From Tubiluchus corallicola (taxonomy: Eukaryota > Animalia > Priapulida), in the NCBI GenBank assembly GCA_030141605.1, contig JAQGDQ010000171.1, forward strand, positions 310,001-374,000: DNA of 64,000 nucleotides, read 5' to 3'. The notes below the pieces were generated by a model, which was given only the letters and a program-made list of their open reading frames with translations, had not been told where the DNA came from and made no database searches. Position 1 is the stretch's first letter, and each line of letters opens with the position of its first letter. The position numbers and the translations under genes were made by a program. Shown piece after piece: positions 58,798 to 64,000 of the stretch.

Positions 58798-60553
58798 TTC
58801 AGCTAGGCAGCGTTTCGATATTCACGTGCTATCTTGTGACCGTAATACCTGTCTAAGAATCTTGTGACCGTAATACCAGTCTAAGAATTTCTAATCAGAA
58901 GTCTAAACATGAGTCTGGTTACTTTCAGTCTTTGTTTTACTTATTGTGCTTAAAAACGGGCCTTGTGGGGAATCGTACTCATCGTGTTTGTGTTTGTTGG
59001 ACAAACTTTGTTGTTTATTTTACGTCAAACTATCTCGGAGTTCACAAATACGCCGTAAAGCCGCTTGGCAATTGATGCCATTGACACTCCTATCTCGTTG
59101 AAAGCTTGGTTTCCAAACTCCACGGCATTGTGACAAAGCCCCCCCCCCCCATCATAGGACGAGTATGTAGTGGGCAGTCATATCCATGCGCGTTTCAGAT
59201 CACTTCCAGAGACAATCACACACGCGCCACAAAGTAGGTATCTATTAAGCACGCCAGCGAGGGTTTGAAACCGAGCGAACAACTCCCCACACTTTTAGAA
59301 TTGAAGGAGCGTCCATTAAAGTATGTTGGATGCTTTTGCTTTTGATGGATCCGAATATCGCTAATGAAATCTCTGTCATTATTATCATTGCTAACCAATT
59401 AACAAATTTCTTTATTTTTAATGAAGTGACAGGCCACAAAAGCTAAGACATAAAAAAACAATGATTCGCTTTTTAAATTTTTGGTATATTTTTCAGTCTA
59501 CTTTGTTTATCCGTATTTTATTTGGACTTAGATAGCGTGCGTCTGATTTGCTTCAAAATATTTTTACATCTATTATGTCATGGCAATCTTATCCTGTTCG
59601 GTCCGAGGCCAGGGTTACCACTCACCCACCCCACCCCCGCCCATTTTCGCCCGTGGTTTAGCCCTGATCAAATCATGCAGCACACATGTTTGGTTAGAAT
59701 CAGAGGGCTTTCCTCCGTCTTAAGAACGAACTGACAAACTTGATATGGCGTGTATTAGCCTGCAATGAGCTCTCCAATTTACGGAAATGTCATCTTTAAT
59801 CCGCCTTGTGCATTTTTTTACAGAATGGTGGATCCCCACCATCTTCTTCTAGAAAGAACCACTGTGTATATTTCTTAGGATTTAGACTCGCAGTTAATGT
59901 TTGTGCTTATGGTAATTTCTTTTCTTCTTTTGTTGTAGTAGTTATGGCAATAAGCATGTCTCGGTTATGACCGTATGTACAGCTGTATCATATTTTCTTG
60001 TTGCGGGTTCACTAGCCTAATGTGCGAAATTCTCGTTTATTTTGTAGCGTAATTGTGTGCCTGTGACTGATGCCAGAATTTGTGAACTAAGTAACTGGGC
60101 TTGCGCCAGAAATGATAGTCACTTCCGTGTGAAATCATTAAAGCAAAAAATTCAACATAAAACATTAGACACGAAGTCAAAGGAGAGTGGAGATCGCGCC
60201 ATCTACAGAGGGATTTTGTTAATATTTGCATAATATTTTGGTTGCTATGTGCAAATGGCTACGGCTAAGATAGGAGAGGTTATTTCAAAGATGCTAGTAA
60301 TAATAAAAGTGAGCTTTGGCAATTACACAAATATAACCTCAGCTGAAAACGGCTTTTGTTGAAATACAAACAACTTTTGGCTGTTTAGAAACTAGTAAAT
60401 GTCATAATATTATATAAAGAACTTGTGTGTTGGCTTCATTTTTTGCCTACTTTGAACACATCGATTTCAAGTTTCAAATTGATCATCGACATATAGCACC
60501 AAAATTACACTGAAATTTTCAAAATTGTTTTTTAGCTGAAGACCAATGCTTAG

Positions 60554-63572
<3,019 letters not shown>

Positions 63573-64000
63573 GTAAGTAAAATCATTTCATGAAATGGGA
63601 GCAGTAACTCTTGAGTTGTATCTCATACATTTATGAAAGAGCAGTAGCTGAATAACTACTAAATTATGACAGTACTATATGTCTATGTAAGTGGTTTGTT
63701 TAAGAACTTTCCACAACTCAAGTTACAGAAAAAACAAAAATTCAAAACGATGTTGCTCTATTCTACTACCATTCTATGTAACTTTTCTGACGTAGGGCAC
63801 ATGCTAAGCACTTAGTATTGTTCTAGAAATAATGTATATAAGTAATGCATATAATGTATATATTATAATGTATATATAAGTGAATGCTTTAGTTTTGACA
63901 GCTTGTTGGCTTGGTCAAAACATCGCAAATGCTTGTTAAACATACAAGTTTCTGCATGTTGTAAGTAAAATGTGCAAGTATTACTTTGAAAACTATAAAA

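Overview
AT-rich, intron-rich genomic DNA of an invertebrate animal. Gelsolin and Vang motifs point to a protostome, plausibly arthropod-like; this is inference. Three spliced + strand genes were reconstructed by hand, all with GT-AG introns and consistent phases. (1) The 3' part of a TTLL4-like tubulin glutamylase: 10 exons, <1-7202. (2) A complete six-domain cytoplasmic gelsolin: 23 exons, 9569-39310, about 737 aa, apparently without the C-terminal tail helix. (3) The first two coding exons of the planar-cell-polarity gene Van Gogh/strabismus, 60554->63572. Introns and the ~20 kb intergenic gap hold many non-autonomous DNA transposons (pogo/Tigger-, hAT-, Kolobok- and Harbinger-like), decayed LINE and SINE fragments, minisatellites and long (GA)n tracts. 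Most supplied ORFs are spurious or are exon read-through. The main leads are an ungapped 84-bp hairpin whose transition mismatches are all G-U compatible on one strand, a candidate frame-preserving gelsolin microexon, the tail-less gelsolin C-terminus, motif substitutions in the TTLL4-like enzyme, and a uORF overlapping the Vang start. I found no CRISPR array, prokaryotic system or intact autonomous element.
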